From IMG/VR virus record IMGVR_UViG_3300027970_000006: a stretch of 64,000 nucleotides of DNA, one strand, 5' to 3'. A program made the translations under genes and the position numbers. Under the pieces are notes generated by a model that searched no databases, was not told where the DNA came from, and was given only the letters and a program-made list of their open reading frames with translations. Of the stretch, positions 27,908-37,750 are shown one piece after another. The number at the start of each line of letters is the position of its first letter. Position 1 is the first letter of the stretch. The DNA is from a virus.

Positions 27908-28606
27908 ATGGAAACTAAGACTTGTAGTTGTTGTCAAGAAACAAAAGATATTATTGAATTTGGTTTAAAGGGAACCAATAAGGATGTCCTGCAAAGCAGG
28001 TGTAAAATGTGTCGTAAAATAGAGTCAAGACAGTATCTTGAGAAAAATCCAAATGTTAATAAACTTTATTGGGAAAAAAATAAAGAGAGAAGAAGTGAAG
28101 AATATAAGAAATGGGTCTCTATGAACGAAAATTACCATAAAGAATGGAGATTAAAAAATTCAGAAAAAGTAAAACAATCTCGTAAATCATATGAGAAAAA
28201 AAATAAAGATAAGGTTAATGAATATAAACGACTAAAACGAAGTGAAAATTTAGAAGATTATCGGGAGAAGGAACGACTTAAATATGAAAATAATAGCCAT
28301 CTAAAATTAATTAGAAACTATAGAACTAGAGTTAAAAACTACATTAAGTTCAATAAGTTTTCGTTAAATACGGGTACTTACGAAATTGTTGGTTTAACAT
28401 CAACTGAGTTAAAAATCTATCTTGAATCTAAATTTGTTGATCTTATGTCATGGGATAATTACGGACTAAGTGGTTGGCATGTTGACCATATAATACCTCT
28501 GTCCTCCGCAAAAAATGATGAAGAATTAAAAACGTTGTGTCATTACACAAACCTACAACCTTTATGGTGGTTTGATAATTTAAGTAAGGGTTGTAAAATA
28601 GTTTAA
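27908..28606 (+). CDS. HNH homing endonuclease (likely start METK)
   Basis: N-terminal CSCC/CKMC; WHVDHIIPLS...HYTNLQPLWWFDNLSKG. Confidence 0.85.
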   Translation: METKTCSCCQETKDIIEFGLKGTNKDVLQSRCKMCRKIESRQYLEKNPNVNKLYWEKNKERRSEEYKKWVSMNENYHKEWRLKNSEKVKQSRKSYEKKNKDKVNEYKRLKRSENLEDYREKERLKYENNSHLKLIRNYRTRVKNYIKFNKFSLNTGTYEIVGLTSTELKIYLESKFVDLMSWDNYGLSGWHVDHIIPLSSAKNDEELKTLCHYTNLQPLWWFDNLSKGCKIV

Positions 28607-28662
28607 ATAAAAAATATTCATATTTTTTATTTTACACTTATTTTTTAATAAATTAAAATAAT

Positions 28663-29910
28663 ATGAACACCATTTTTATACAAATTGCGTCCTACAGAGA
28701 TCCTCAATTAATTCCGACAATTAAAAACTGTATTGAGAACGCAACTCATCCTGATAATTTAATTTTTGGGGTATGTCGACAATATCACCCTGAAGATGGT
28801 TTTGATGACTTATCCGAATATGATGGCGATGAAAGATTTAGAATCTTAAACATTAATTACACCGAATCTAAAGGCGTTTGTTGGGCGAGAAATCAAGTAC
28901 AACAATTATATAAAGGTGAAAAGTACACCCTTCAAATTGATTCCCATATGAGGTTCGAAAAGGGTTGGGATGGTACATTAATTAAGATGATAAAACAACT
29001 CCAAAAAAAGGGACATAAGAAACCTTTACTTACGGGTTATGTTTCATCATTTGACCCTGAAAATGATCCTGAAGCAAGGGTGCAAGAACCTTGGCGAATG
29101 TCTTTTGATAGATTTACACCTGAAGGTGTTGTATTCTTTTTACCTGAAACAATTCCAGGGTGGAAAGAAATGAAAGAGCCTATTCCTGCAAGATTTTATT
29201 CGGCTCATTTCGCATTTACGTTAGGTCAATTTAGTACTGAAGTACAACACGACCCTTTATATTATTTTCATGGTGAGGAAATTTCAATTGCGGTAAGAGC
29301 GTTTACCTATGGTTATGACTTGTTCCACCCACATAAAGTAGTTGTTTGGCACGAATATACGAGGAAATCGCGTGTGAAGTGCTGGGATGATGATAAAGAA
29401 TGGCATTTAAAAAATACGGCATGTCATAAAAGAAACAGACAACTACTTGGTGTTGATGGAGAAACATATAATGGTGATTATTCAGAATGGTTTGGGTCTG
29501 AAAGAACCATTAGAGATTATGAAAAATACGCAGGAGTTCTTTTTGAAACAAGAGGCATTCAACAAGAAACAATTGATAAAAAATATCCCCCAAATACATA
29601 TGAGTTTAAGTCAGAAGAAGAATGGAAAAATTCATTTTCAACCATATTCAAACATTGTATTGATTTAGATTTAAATCGTGTTCCTGAAACTGATTATGAT
29701 TTTTGGGTTGTCGCTTTCCATGATAAAGAACATAACACACTATTTAGACAAGACGCCGACGCCAATGAGATTATGAGAATAAAATCTGATCCTGATGGTT
29801 ATGGTAAAGTATGGAGAGAGTTTAATACAACGGAAATTCCTTCATATTGGGTGGTTTGGCCACACTCTATATCTAAAGATTGGTGTGAAAGAATTATAGG
29901 TAATTTGTAA
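28663..29910 (+). CDS. GT60-like polypeptide alpha-GlcNAc transferase (Skp1 Gnt1/Gnt2-like)
   Basis: IFIQIASYRDP, GVCWAR, LQIDSHMRF..GWD, FHGEEI, RAFT.GYD, WHEY. Confidence 0.85.
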   Translation: MNTIFIQIASYRDPQLIPTIKNCIENATHPDNLIFGVCRQYHPEDGFDDLSEYDGDERFRILNINYTESKGVCWARNQVQQLYKGEKYTLQIDSHMRFEKGWDGTLIKMIKQLQKKGHKKPLLTGYVSSFDPENDPEARVQEPWRMSFDRFTPEGVVFFLPETIPGWKEMKEPIPARFYSAHFAFTLGQFSTEVQHDPLYYFHGEEISIAVRAFTYGYDLFHPHKVVVWHEYTRKSRVKCWDDDKEWHLKNTACHKRNRQLLGVDGETYNGDYSEWFGSERTIRDYEKYAGVLFETRGIQQETIDKKYPPNTYEFKSEEEWKNSFSTIFKHCIDLDLNRVPETDYDFWVVAFHDKEHNTLFRQDADANEIMRIKSDPDGYGKVWREFNTTEIPSYWVVWPHSISKDWCERIIGNL

Positions 29911-29913
29911 AAT

Positions 29914-30513
29914 ATGGTTAAAGGGCATTTTGTATACGAAAACTTAATTATTAGCCAACACCAAAATGTTGGTGAAAAGTTTGATTTATTAATTTCAGAA
30001 TTAAAACCAAAAAGAATATTAGAGATTGGCACCGCAAATGGTGGTTTAACTTTAATGTTAAGAAGATTATTAAATAAAAATAATCTTAATGAGTCAATTA
30101 TTAGAACTTACGACATATTAGAACAAATCAATTTAAAAAATAAAAATGAGGCAGGAATTGAGATCATAACAAAAAACCCGTTTAACTATCCGTATAGTGA
30201 TTTAGAACATAGAAAAGAAATTGAAGACTTCATACAACAGGATGGTATTAGTTTGGTTTTATGTGATGGTGGTAGTAAAATTAATGAATTTAGATTATTA
30301 TCTTCTCTTTTAAAAATCGGAGATGTTATCATGGCTCATGATTATGCTTACGACGAAGAATATTTTAAAAATCATATTGAGAACAAGATATGGAATTGGC
30401 ACGAAATACAATTTTCAGACATAAAAGAATCTTGTGAAAAAAATAATTTAGAGTCCTACATGAACGAAGATTTTCAAGACGTGGTGTGGGTGTGTAAAGT
30501 AAAAGTAAAATGA
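29914..30513 (+). CDS. Class I SAM methyltransferase (CmcI/Methyltransf_24-like)
   Basis: KPKRILEIGTANGG, LCDGG, GDVIMAHD. Confidence 0.75.
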   Translation: MVKGHFVYENLIISQHQNVGEKFDLLISELKPKRILEIGTANGGLTLMLRRLLNKNNLNESIIRTYDILEQINLKNKNEAGIEIITKNPFNYPYSDLEHRKEIEDFIQQDGISLVLCDGGSKINEFRLLSSLLKIGDVIMAHDYAYDEEYFKNHIENKIWNWHEIQFSDIKESCEKNNLESYMNEDFQDVVWVCKVKVK

Positions 30514-32177
30514 TCACATTAGTAACTGGTTTATGGGATATTGGTAGAGGAAACTTATCTGAAGGTTGGTCAAGATCTTTTGATCACTACTTAAATAAGT
30601 TTGAACAATTATTACAAGTAGATTGTAATATGATAATTTTTGGTGACAAAGAATTAGAAAGGTTTGTCACAGAAAGAAGAAATGAAGAAAACACACAATT
30701 TGTTTTAAGAGATTTAAGTTGGTTTAGAAATGGTGAGTTTTTTGATCAAATACAATCAATTAGAAATAATCCAAAATGGTATAATTTAGCCGGATGGTTA
30801 AAGGACTCAACTCAGGCAAAATTGGAAATGTATAACCCATTGGTTATGTCCAAAATGTTTATATTACACGATGCCCTTCTTTTGGATAAATTCAATTCAG
30901 AAAAACTTTATTGGATTGATGCTGGTTTGGCAAATACCGTTAATATGGGTTATTTTACTCACGATAATGTTTTACCAAAGATAGATAAATTATCCGATAA
31001 TTTTTTATTTGTTTGTTTTCCATATCAAGCGGATCGTGAAATTCATGGGTTTAACATTGATAAGATGACAGAGATAACGGGAACAAAAGTTGATAAAGTT
31101 TGTCGTGGTGGATTTTTTGGTGGAACAAAAGAGGTTATTCGTCAAATGAATACCCTTTATTATGAACTTATTAAGTCAACATTACAAAGGGGTTTAATGG
31201 GAACCGAAGAAAGTTTATTTTCAATTCTTTTATATAACAATCCAACAATTACCGATTATGTTGAAATTGAGTCAAATGGTCTTGTTTACAAATTTTTTGA
31301 AGACATTAAAAATGATACGGTAGAACTAAAAACATTAAGAAAAACAAAAAAAATAGTTAAAAGTTCATCGGGAGACGTTGGTCTATATGTTATTTCGTTT
31401 AATAGTCCAAAACAATTTGAAACGTTAATCAATTCTATGATGGAATATGATTCTGATTTTATTTCTAAAACAAAAAAGTTTTTATTAGATAATTCAACAG
31501 ACCTATCAACAACACCAAAATATTTAGAACTCTGTGATCAATATGGATTTGAACATATCAAAAAAGATAATATTGGAATAACTGGCGGTCGTGTTTTTGT
31601 GGCGGAACACTTTAACGACTCCGATATGGACTATTATTATTTCTTTGAAGATGATATGTTTTTCTATAATGGTAGTGAAAATGTTTGTAAAAATGGTTTT
31701 AATAGGAAAACTAAAAATCTATACAGAAAAGTTTTACAAATATTTAAAAAAGAAGAATTAGATTTTCTTAAATTAAATTTTACGGAGTTTTTTGGTAGTC
31801 ATGAAAAACAATGGTCGTGGTATAATGTGGATCAAGAGTTTAGAAAAAGTCATTGGCCTATGAACCAAAATTTACCAAGACACGGACAAGACCCAAATTC
31901 ACCATGTTTAGAGTTTAAAAATATAAAATCATATGAAGGTATTCCATATGCCACAGGAGAGGTATATTTGTCTAACTGGCCAATTATTTTATCAAAAGAA
32001 GGAAATTATAAGTGTTATATTGAAACAAAATTTCAATTTCCATACGAACAAACATTAATGAGCCATTGTTTTAAAGAAACAATAAAGGGTAGAATTAGTA
32101 GTGGGGTTTTACTTATGACACCAACTGAACACGACAGGTTTGATTTCTACGAAGGTAGTTTAAGAAAAGAATTTTAA
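30510..32177 (+). CDS. HtrL/YibB (WlaTC-like) glycosyltransferase fused to a GT-A domain
   Basis: TLVTGLWDIGR, SKMF, YWIDAG, GGFFGG, GTEE; second domain LLDNS, FFEDDM. Confidence 0.7.
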   Translation: MITLVTGLWDIGRGNLSEGWSRSFDHYLNKFEQLLQVDCNMIIFGDKELERFVTERRNEENTQFVLRDLSWFRNGEFFDQIQSIRNNPKWYNLAGWLKDSTQAKLEMYNPLVMSKMFILHDALLLDKFNSEKLYWIDAGLANTVNMGYFTHDNVLPKIDKLSDNFLFVCFPYQADREIHGFNIDKMTEITGTKVDKVCRGGFFGGTKEVIRQMNTLYYELIKSTLQRGLMGTEESLFSILLYNNPTITDYVEIESNGLVYKFFEDIKNDTVELKTLRKTKKIVKSSSGDVGLYVISFNSPKQFETLINSMMEYDSDFISKTKKFLLDNSTDLSTTPKYLELCDQYGFEHIKKDNIGITGGRVFVAEHFNDSDMDYYYFFEDDMFFYNGSENVCKNGFNRKTKNLYRKVLQIFKKEELDFLKLNFTEFFGSHEKQWSWYNVDQEFRKSHWPMNQNLPRHGQDPNSPCLEFKNIKSYEGIPYATGEVYLSNWPIILSKEGNYKCYIETKFQFPYEQTLMSHCFKETIKGRISSGVLLMTPTEHDRFDFYEGSLRKEF

Positions 32178-32205
32178 TTCAAGTATTTATTGAAAAATAA
32201 CTTGA

Positions 32206-33246
32206 ATGGAGTTTTTCATTAAAAAGGGGGCAACTCTTCCTGTATTAAAAATAAATGTAATAAAAGACGGACGAAGTGACTACGATAGAACTATGCGGTT
32301 TTTAGAAGAAACTGACATATTTTTTTCTATGGTAAACACAGAAACAGGTATTCCAAAATTTACTACCAGACCTGCGGGTGTGATGAAAAAAGAACAAATT
32401 GATCCGACATTAGAACCTGAATACTATGTTTATTATCAATTTACACCAAAAGACACGAAAAGTGTTGGTAGATATCAAGGTCAATTTTTATTCAGAAATG
32501 AAACAGGAATTTTAACATTACCACTAAATCAAAACATATTTGTAAACGTAACGGATAGTTTTATAATAAATGATTATGAATATCAAAGTTGTTATGTTGT
32601 AGATTTTCCTTGTTGTAAATCACAACCTTTACCACCACCAATTCCTCCAATACCAACAACTACCACATCAACCATAGCACCAACTACAACATCAACCACT
32701 TCAATAAATGTTACAACAACATCTACAACCTTAGGTCCTGAACCAACAGGTTATACTGAGTGGGTTGTGTCATTTGGGTCGGGTAGTGTTAATAACGCTT
32801 GTTCACAAACTGGTCAATTTGTAACCGCATATACACCTGTAATGTCGGCTTTAACAATTGGTCAAACTCTTTGGGCGACACCAAGTTTTGACACTTATTC
32901 TTTTGCGACTAATGGCGGTTGGTTTAAAGTTTTAAAAAGAAATGGATTACCTTACTCACCAAATACAGTAGTGTATGTTGGTGCGTATAGTTTATTATTC
33001 GGTAATTATACTCAAGTGATTTATTCCCATGAGTGTGGAACTTCATTTCCTTGTAAATGTTTTACATATACTAAAACACAAAATAATGTGTTTAATTCGC
33101 GATATGTGAATTGTAATGGTAATGGTACTGCAATAACTTTACCATTTAATGGATCTCAAACTTTCTGTGCCGCCTTTACACAACCATATGACTACATAAG
33201 TGTTTCGGGAGGAAATAACAATTGTGTTAATGGAGTTTGTCCTTAA
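32206..33246 (+). CDS. Putative virion protein: BppU-like N-terminal domain, Pro/Thr linker, Cys-containing C-terminal domain
   Basis: MEFFIKKGATLPVL...YYQFT..DT...GRYQGQF; PTTTTSTIAPTTTST. Confidence 0.55.
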   Translation: MEFFIKKGATLPVLKINVIKDGRSDYDRTMRFLEETDIFFSMVNTETGIPKFTTRPAGVMKKEQIDPTLEPEYYVYYQFTPKDTKSVGRYQGQFLFRNETGILTLPLNQNIFVNVTDSFIINDYEYQSCYVVDFPCCKSQPLPPPIPPIPTTTTSTIAPTTTSTTSINVTTTSTTLGPEPTGYTEWVVSFGSGSVNNACSQTGQFVTAYTPVMSALTIGQTLWATPSFDTYSFATNGGWFKVLKRNGLPYSPNTVVYVGAYSLLFGNYTQVIYSHECGTSFPCKCFTYTKTQNNVFNSRYVNCNGNGTAITLPFNGSQTFCAAFTQPYDYISVSGGNNNCVNGVCP

Positions 33247-33284
33247 TTAAAATCGCAACTAAGGTATTTATAAAGAAAGTATAG

Positions 33285-34505
33285 ATGGAGTTTACTATCG
33301 GTCAGAATTCAAATTTGCCATTATTGAAGTTACAAGTCGTAAAAGACGGTATAAGTAATTACGAGTCTATGATGAGTTTTATTGAGACTTCATCAATATT
33401 TTTTTCTATGTCGGACACCGAAACTGGTGTTTTAAAAATCAATTCCGAAGCGGCAAGTTTTGTTGAGAAAATGGAAATGAATCCAAATGCAAGTCCTGAA
33501 TTTTATGTGTATTACAGATTTACTCCACAAGACACAAGTAAACCAGGTCGTTATGAAGGTCAATTTGTATTTATAAATGAAACAGGGACACTTGTTTTAC
33601 CGATTAGAGAAAGGTTATTCATTAATGTTGTTGAAAGTTATTTATCAAATGATCTTCCTTATAATAATTGTTATGTTTTAGATTATAATTGTTGTATAAC
33701 TCCATTCCCAACACCAACCCCAACTCAGACCCCATATCCTGTATTAAGTAATACACCAACCCCTACACCAACATCAACCGTTACTCCTACCGTTACTCCT
33801 ACCGTTACGCCAACTAATACCGTTACGCCAACTAATACTCCAACTAATACTCCAACTAATACCGTTACACCAACTAATACACCAACTAATACACCAACAC
33901 CCACAGTAACTCCAACATTAACTCCGACAAATACCCCTACGGTAACACCTACAAACACACCAACTAACACCCCTACGGTAACACCTACAAACACTGTAAC
34001 CCCTACGGTAACACCTACAAACACTGTAACCCCTACGGTAACACCTACAAACACTGTAACCCCCACAATTACACCTACAAATACCCCCACTCCAACAGTA
34101 ACACCTACACAACAGTTTGGTTATATGAACGTAAAAGTTGCTTTAGACCCATTATCTTTATCTCAACCATATAGTATTTATTACGCGATCAATCCTTCTT
34201 TCATATCAACACAACCTTTTCCAACAGGATTGACGTGGAACCTATTAAATACTCAATCAGCAACAACTTGTCCTACTTTGACAAGTTTTGGATTGATACA
34301 GATTCCTATTGGGAATGTGTTGTATTTTCATTTAAGAGATAGTCTTGGTACTACGGTTTATCAGACTTCTGGTGGCGTTTTTGGTAATGATCCATGTGTT
34401 TCATCATTTGATTTTTATACCCATAATTTCTCTTTTGGGGGGCCGGGAACATTTGATTACGGTCTAAGGTTAATTTATCCACCATCAGGAGTCCCTTACC
34501 CTTAA
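33285..34505 (+). CDS. Paralogue of the preceding gene with a long Pro-Thr tract
   Basis: [14 protein letters not shown]...YYRFT..DT...GRYEGQF; about 130-aa PT tract. Confidence 0.6.
   Translation: MEFTIGQNSNLPLLKLQVVKDGISNYESMMSFIETSSIFFSMSDTETGVLKINSEAASFVEKMEMNPNASPEFYVYYRFTPQDTSKPGRYEGQFVFINETGTLVLPIRERLFINVVESYLSNDLPYNNCYVLDYNCCITPFPTPTPTQTPYPVLSNTPTPTPTSTVTPTVTPTVTPTNTVTPTNTPTNTPTNTVTPTNTPTNTPTPTVTPTLTPTNTPTVTPTNTPTNTPTVTPTNTVTPTVTPTNTVTPTVTPTNTVTPTITPTNTPTPTVTPTQQFGYMNVKVALDPLSLSQPYSIYYAINPSFISTQPFPTGLTWNLLNTQSATTCPTLTSFGLIQIPIGNVLYFHLRDSLGTTVYQTSGGVFGNDPCVSSFDFYTHNFSFGGPGTFDYGLRLIYPPSGVPYP
33700..34110 (+). repeat. Pro-Thr coding repeat including three perfect 30-bp units
   Basis: CCCTACGGTAACACCTACAAACACTGTAAC x3 at 33971-34060. 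Confidence 0.9.
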
Positions 34506-34519
34506 TTTTTTATTTTTAG

Positions 34520-34548
34520 TTGATAAGAGTAAATTTTACTTCTATATT
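34520..34548 (+). promoter_or_regulatory. sigma70-like promoter for DNA polymerase
   Basis: TTGATA-17 nt-TATATT. Confidence 0.55.
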
Positions 34549-34607
34549 TATTTACGAAGGTAAATGCCGACCTTATTCGGTAGCTAATACACCAAAAGTA
34601 AATAATT

Positions 34608-37424
34608 ATGATATCACAAGAAGAAATTGAAAATTTCCTACAAGGAAACGACGCAGAAGAATATATCGTATCAGTAGAATATGATTATGTATCCGACAAA
34701 ATTTTTAAAATAAAAGAAGTTCCTGGAAAAGGAAAACAAATACAAAAAGATAGTCTCATATCTTTTGCATGGGTCGGAGATTTAAAAAATCTAAACTTTT
34801 ATTCAAAATCAAAAGCAGTACAAAAAGAAGCCATGTCAAAACATGGGATCATTATTGAAAAACTCAGAACCGATGGGAACGAAAGGTTAGAGAATGGTTT
34901 AACATTTATGGTCAAATCAACAAAAGGTTATAGAAATTTAATTCAGTTTTTTAGAGAAGGTGGAGTTGATCCGTGGGGTGAAAACGTTAAAGATCTTATA
35001 ATGGTATTACCCCCCGTTGAGCAATACCTCATCTCAAAAGAAAAGAGATTATTCAAAGGATTTGAGGATTACAACGATATCACAAGAATGGTATTTGACC
35101 TTGAGACCACATCTTTAGAACCTAAAGATGGTAGAATATTCATGATTGGGATTAAAACAAACAGAGGGTTCAAAAAAGTAATTGAATGTACCAATGAAGA
35201 TGAAGAAAGAAGGGGTATCACTGAATTCTTTCGTATTATTGAAGAACAAAAACCATCCATTCTTTCAGGGTATAACTCATTTAACTTTGACTGGCATTGG
35301 ATTTATGAAAGATGTAAACTCTTAAACCTTGATATTAAAAAAATTGCCAAATCATTAAATCCCCAAAAATCTATTTCACAAAAAGATTCCATGTTGAAAT
35401 TAGCAAATGAGGTTGAAAAGTTTACTCAAACTCAAATGTGGGGTTATAACATTATTGATATTCTACATTCAGTTCGTCGTGCTCAAGCGATTAACTCAAA
35501 CATCAAAGAAGCTGGTTTGAAGTATATTACCAAATATATTGAAGCAGAATCTTCGGATCGTATTTACGTTGATCATGATAAAATTGGATCTATGTATCGT
35601 GATAAAGAAGACTATTGGTTAAATATTGAAAATGGTAAATATAAAAAAGTTGGTGTTGATTCTAAAATTGATGATATTTGTTCAAGACATTCAAATGTTT
35701 ATATTAAAACAACAGGGGACGACATTATTGAGCGTTATCTTGACGATGACTTAGAAGAAACTCTTTTGGTTGACGAGGAATTCAATCAAGGTTCATTCTT
35801 GTTGGCGTCACTTCTTCCAACAACTTATGAACGAGTTTCAACAATGGGGACAGCGACTCTTTGGAAAATGTTGATGTTAGCTTGGTCTTATAAACATGGA
35901 CTTTCAATACCATCCAAAAACGACAAAGGGAACTTCGTAGGTGGACTTTCTCGTCTGATTAGAACAGGATACTCAAAGAACGTATTAAAACTTGACTACT
36001 CGTCTCTATACCCATCTATTCAGTTGGTTCATGATGTATTTCCTGAGTGTGATGTAACAGGTGCGATGAAAGGTCTATTATCATACTTTCGTAATACTCG
36101 TATCAAATACAAACAATTAGCTGAGGAATATGCGTCTATTGATAAAAAGAAATCAACTTCTTATGACCGTAAACAATTACCAATTAAGATCTTTATTAAC
36201 TCCATGTTTGGGGCTTTGTCTGCACCACAAGTATTTCATTGGGGTGATATGGATAAAGGGGAAATGATTACTTGTACTGGTCGTCAGTACCTTAGAATGA
36301 TGATTAACTTCTTTATGGATCGTGGTTACACACCACTCGTAATGGACACGGACGGTATTAACTTTTCGGTTCCTGAAGGTGTTGAAGAAAGACGATATGT
36401 TGGTAAAGGTCTTAATTGGAAAGTAGTTGATGGTAAAGAATATATTGGTGAAGAGGCAGATGTTATGGAGTTTAATGATCTTGCAATGAGAGGTGAAATG
36501 GCTCTTGACACCGATGGACAATGGCCGGCATGTATTAACTTGGCACGAAAAAACTACGCTCTTATTACCGCAAAAGGTAAAATTAAACTTACAGGAAACT
36601 CAATCAAGTCTAAGAAAATGCCAATCTACATTGAGAAGTTTTTAGATAAGGGGATCAAATTACTTCTTGATGGTAAAGGTCAAGAGTTTGTAGAGTGGTA
36701 TTATGAATACGTACAACAGATATTTGACCTACAAATTCCTTTAATGGATATTGCAAACAAAGCAAAAGTGAAACAAAGTATTGATGATTATATTATTCGT
36801 AGTAAACAAACAACAAAGGCTGGAAGTTTAATGTCTCGTCAAGCACATATGGAACTTGCAATTAAAGAAGGTCTTAATGTAAATCTTGGTGATGTAATAT
36901 TCTACGTAAACAACGGAACTAAAGCGTCACACGGAGATGTTCAAAAAGTGAATAAACCAAAGAAAGGTTGGTCTCAAGAACATGTTAACACTTACGGAGG
37001 ACCAGTTCCTGATTCATTAGAGTCAATCATCCAACTTAATTGTTATAGAATTGACCCATCTGACTTAGAAAACAACCCAACTATGAAAGGTCAATACAAT
37101 ATCCAACGAGCAATTGCAACATTTAATAAAAGAGTTGAGCCATTACTTGTGGTGTTTAAACAAGAAGTTAGAAACAACTTGTTGGTTAAAAATCCTGAAG
37201 ACAGACCATTTTTTACTAAAGTTCAATGTGAATTAATTAACGGACAACCATTTGATGAAGGTGATCAAGATAAGTTAGAAGATGTTATGGAAATATCAGA
37301 TGAAGAAATGTTGTTTTGGAACAGGGTTAATGAAACTCCATTTCATATGTATAAGTTGGCGGATGAAAGTATGTTAAAATACGTTCCTGAAAATGAGTTA
37401 ATCAAGTTTCATCCCGTCACTTGA
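34608..37424 (+). CDS. Family B DNA polymerase
   Basis: Exo I FDLETT, Exo II GYNSFNFD, DYSSLYPS, KIFINSMFG, MDTDG. Confidence 0.95.
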   Translation: MISQEEIENFLQGNDAEEYIVSVEYDYVSDKIFKIKEVPGKGKQIQKDSLISFAWVGDLKNLNFYSKSKAVQKEAMSKHGIIIEKLRTDGNERLENGLTFMVKSTKGYRNLIQFFREGGVDPWGENVKDLIMVLPPVEQYLISKEKRLFKGFEDYNDITRMVFDLETTSLEPKDGRIFMIGIKTNRGFKKVIECTNEDEERRGITEFFRIIEEQKPSILSGYNSFNFDWHWIYERCKLLNLDIKKIAKSLNPQKSISQKDSMLKLANEVEKFTQTQMWGYNIIDILHSVRRAQAINSNIKEAGLKYITKYIEAESSDRIYVDHDKIGSMYRDKEDYWLNIENGKYKKVGVDSKIDDICSRHSNVYIKTTGDDIIERYLDDDLEETLLVDEEFNQGSFLLASLLPTTYERVSTMGTATLWKMLMLAWSYKHGLSIPSKNDKGNFVGGLSRLIRTGYSKNVLKLDYSSLYPSIQLVHDVFPECDVTGAMKGLLSYFRNTRIKYKQLAEEYASIDKKKSTSYDRKQLPIKIFINSMFGALSAPQVFHWGDMDKGEMITCTGRQYLRMMINFFMDRGYTPLVMDTDGINFSVPEGVEERRYVGKGLNWKVVDGKEYIGEEADVMEFNDLAMRGEMALDTDGQWPACINLARKNYALITAKGKIKLTGNSIKSKKMPIYIEKFLDKGIKLLLDGKGQEFVEWYYEYVQQIFDLQIPLMDIANKAKVKQSIDDYIIRSKQTTKAGSLMSRQAHMELAIKEGLNVNLGDVIFYVNNGTKASHGDVQKVNKPKKGWSQEHVNTYGGPVPDSLESIIQLNCYRIDPSDLENNPTMKGQYNIQRAIATFNKRVEPLLVVFKQEVRNNLLVKNPEDRPFFTKVQCELINGQPFDEGDQDKLEDVMEISDEEMLFWNRVNETPFHMYKLADESMLKYVPENELIKFHPVT

Positions 37425-37745
37425 TAAGATATACCACACTCCTTGTATGTTTTTAAGTTCTATACAAGCGCCACGCCCAATGTTAATTTCATCCCAATCA
37501 TCATCAATTCTCCCAACATCAGGAATTATTGAGCAATTAGTTAAAGATTTTATTGTGATTTTATCTGTTGTGGTTGAGTTTAATTTTATCTTACATTGAC
37601 TAACATCTCGTACTAATAACAAATTTTCGCCATTAGTCGTATAAACGGATTCACTAACGACAATTGTGTCAAAAGTATTTAGGTTTATAGACCTTCCCCC
37701 TCTAAATACCGTTTTTCTAATTGGTGATTCTCTATGTATTGCCAT
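37398..37745 (-). CDS. Hypothetical small beta-rich structural protein
   Basis: 115-aa ORF downstream of the neck gene. Confidence 0.55.
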   Translation of the reverse strand: MAIHRESPIRKTVFRGGRSINLNTFDTIVVSESVYTTNGENLLLVRDVSQCKIKLNSTTTDKITIKSLTNCSIIPDVGRIDDDWDEINIGRGACIELKNIQGVWYILSSDGMKLD

Positions 37746-37750
37746 AAAAA

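Noticed and set aside
32206-34505. Diversity-generating retroelement TR/VR pair
   Set aside because: The paralogues diverge at all base types, there is no adenine-specific near-identical repeat, and no reverse transcriptase is in the window.
34555-34600. preQ1 or other known riboswitch upstream of polB
   Set aside because: Lacks the conserved loop and 3' A-tract arrangement I would expect; kept only as an unclassified structure.
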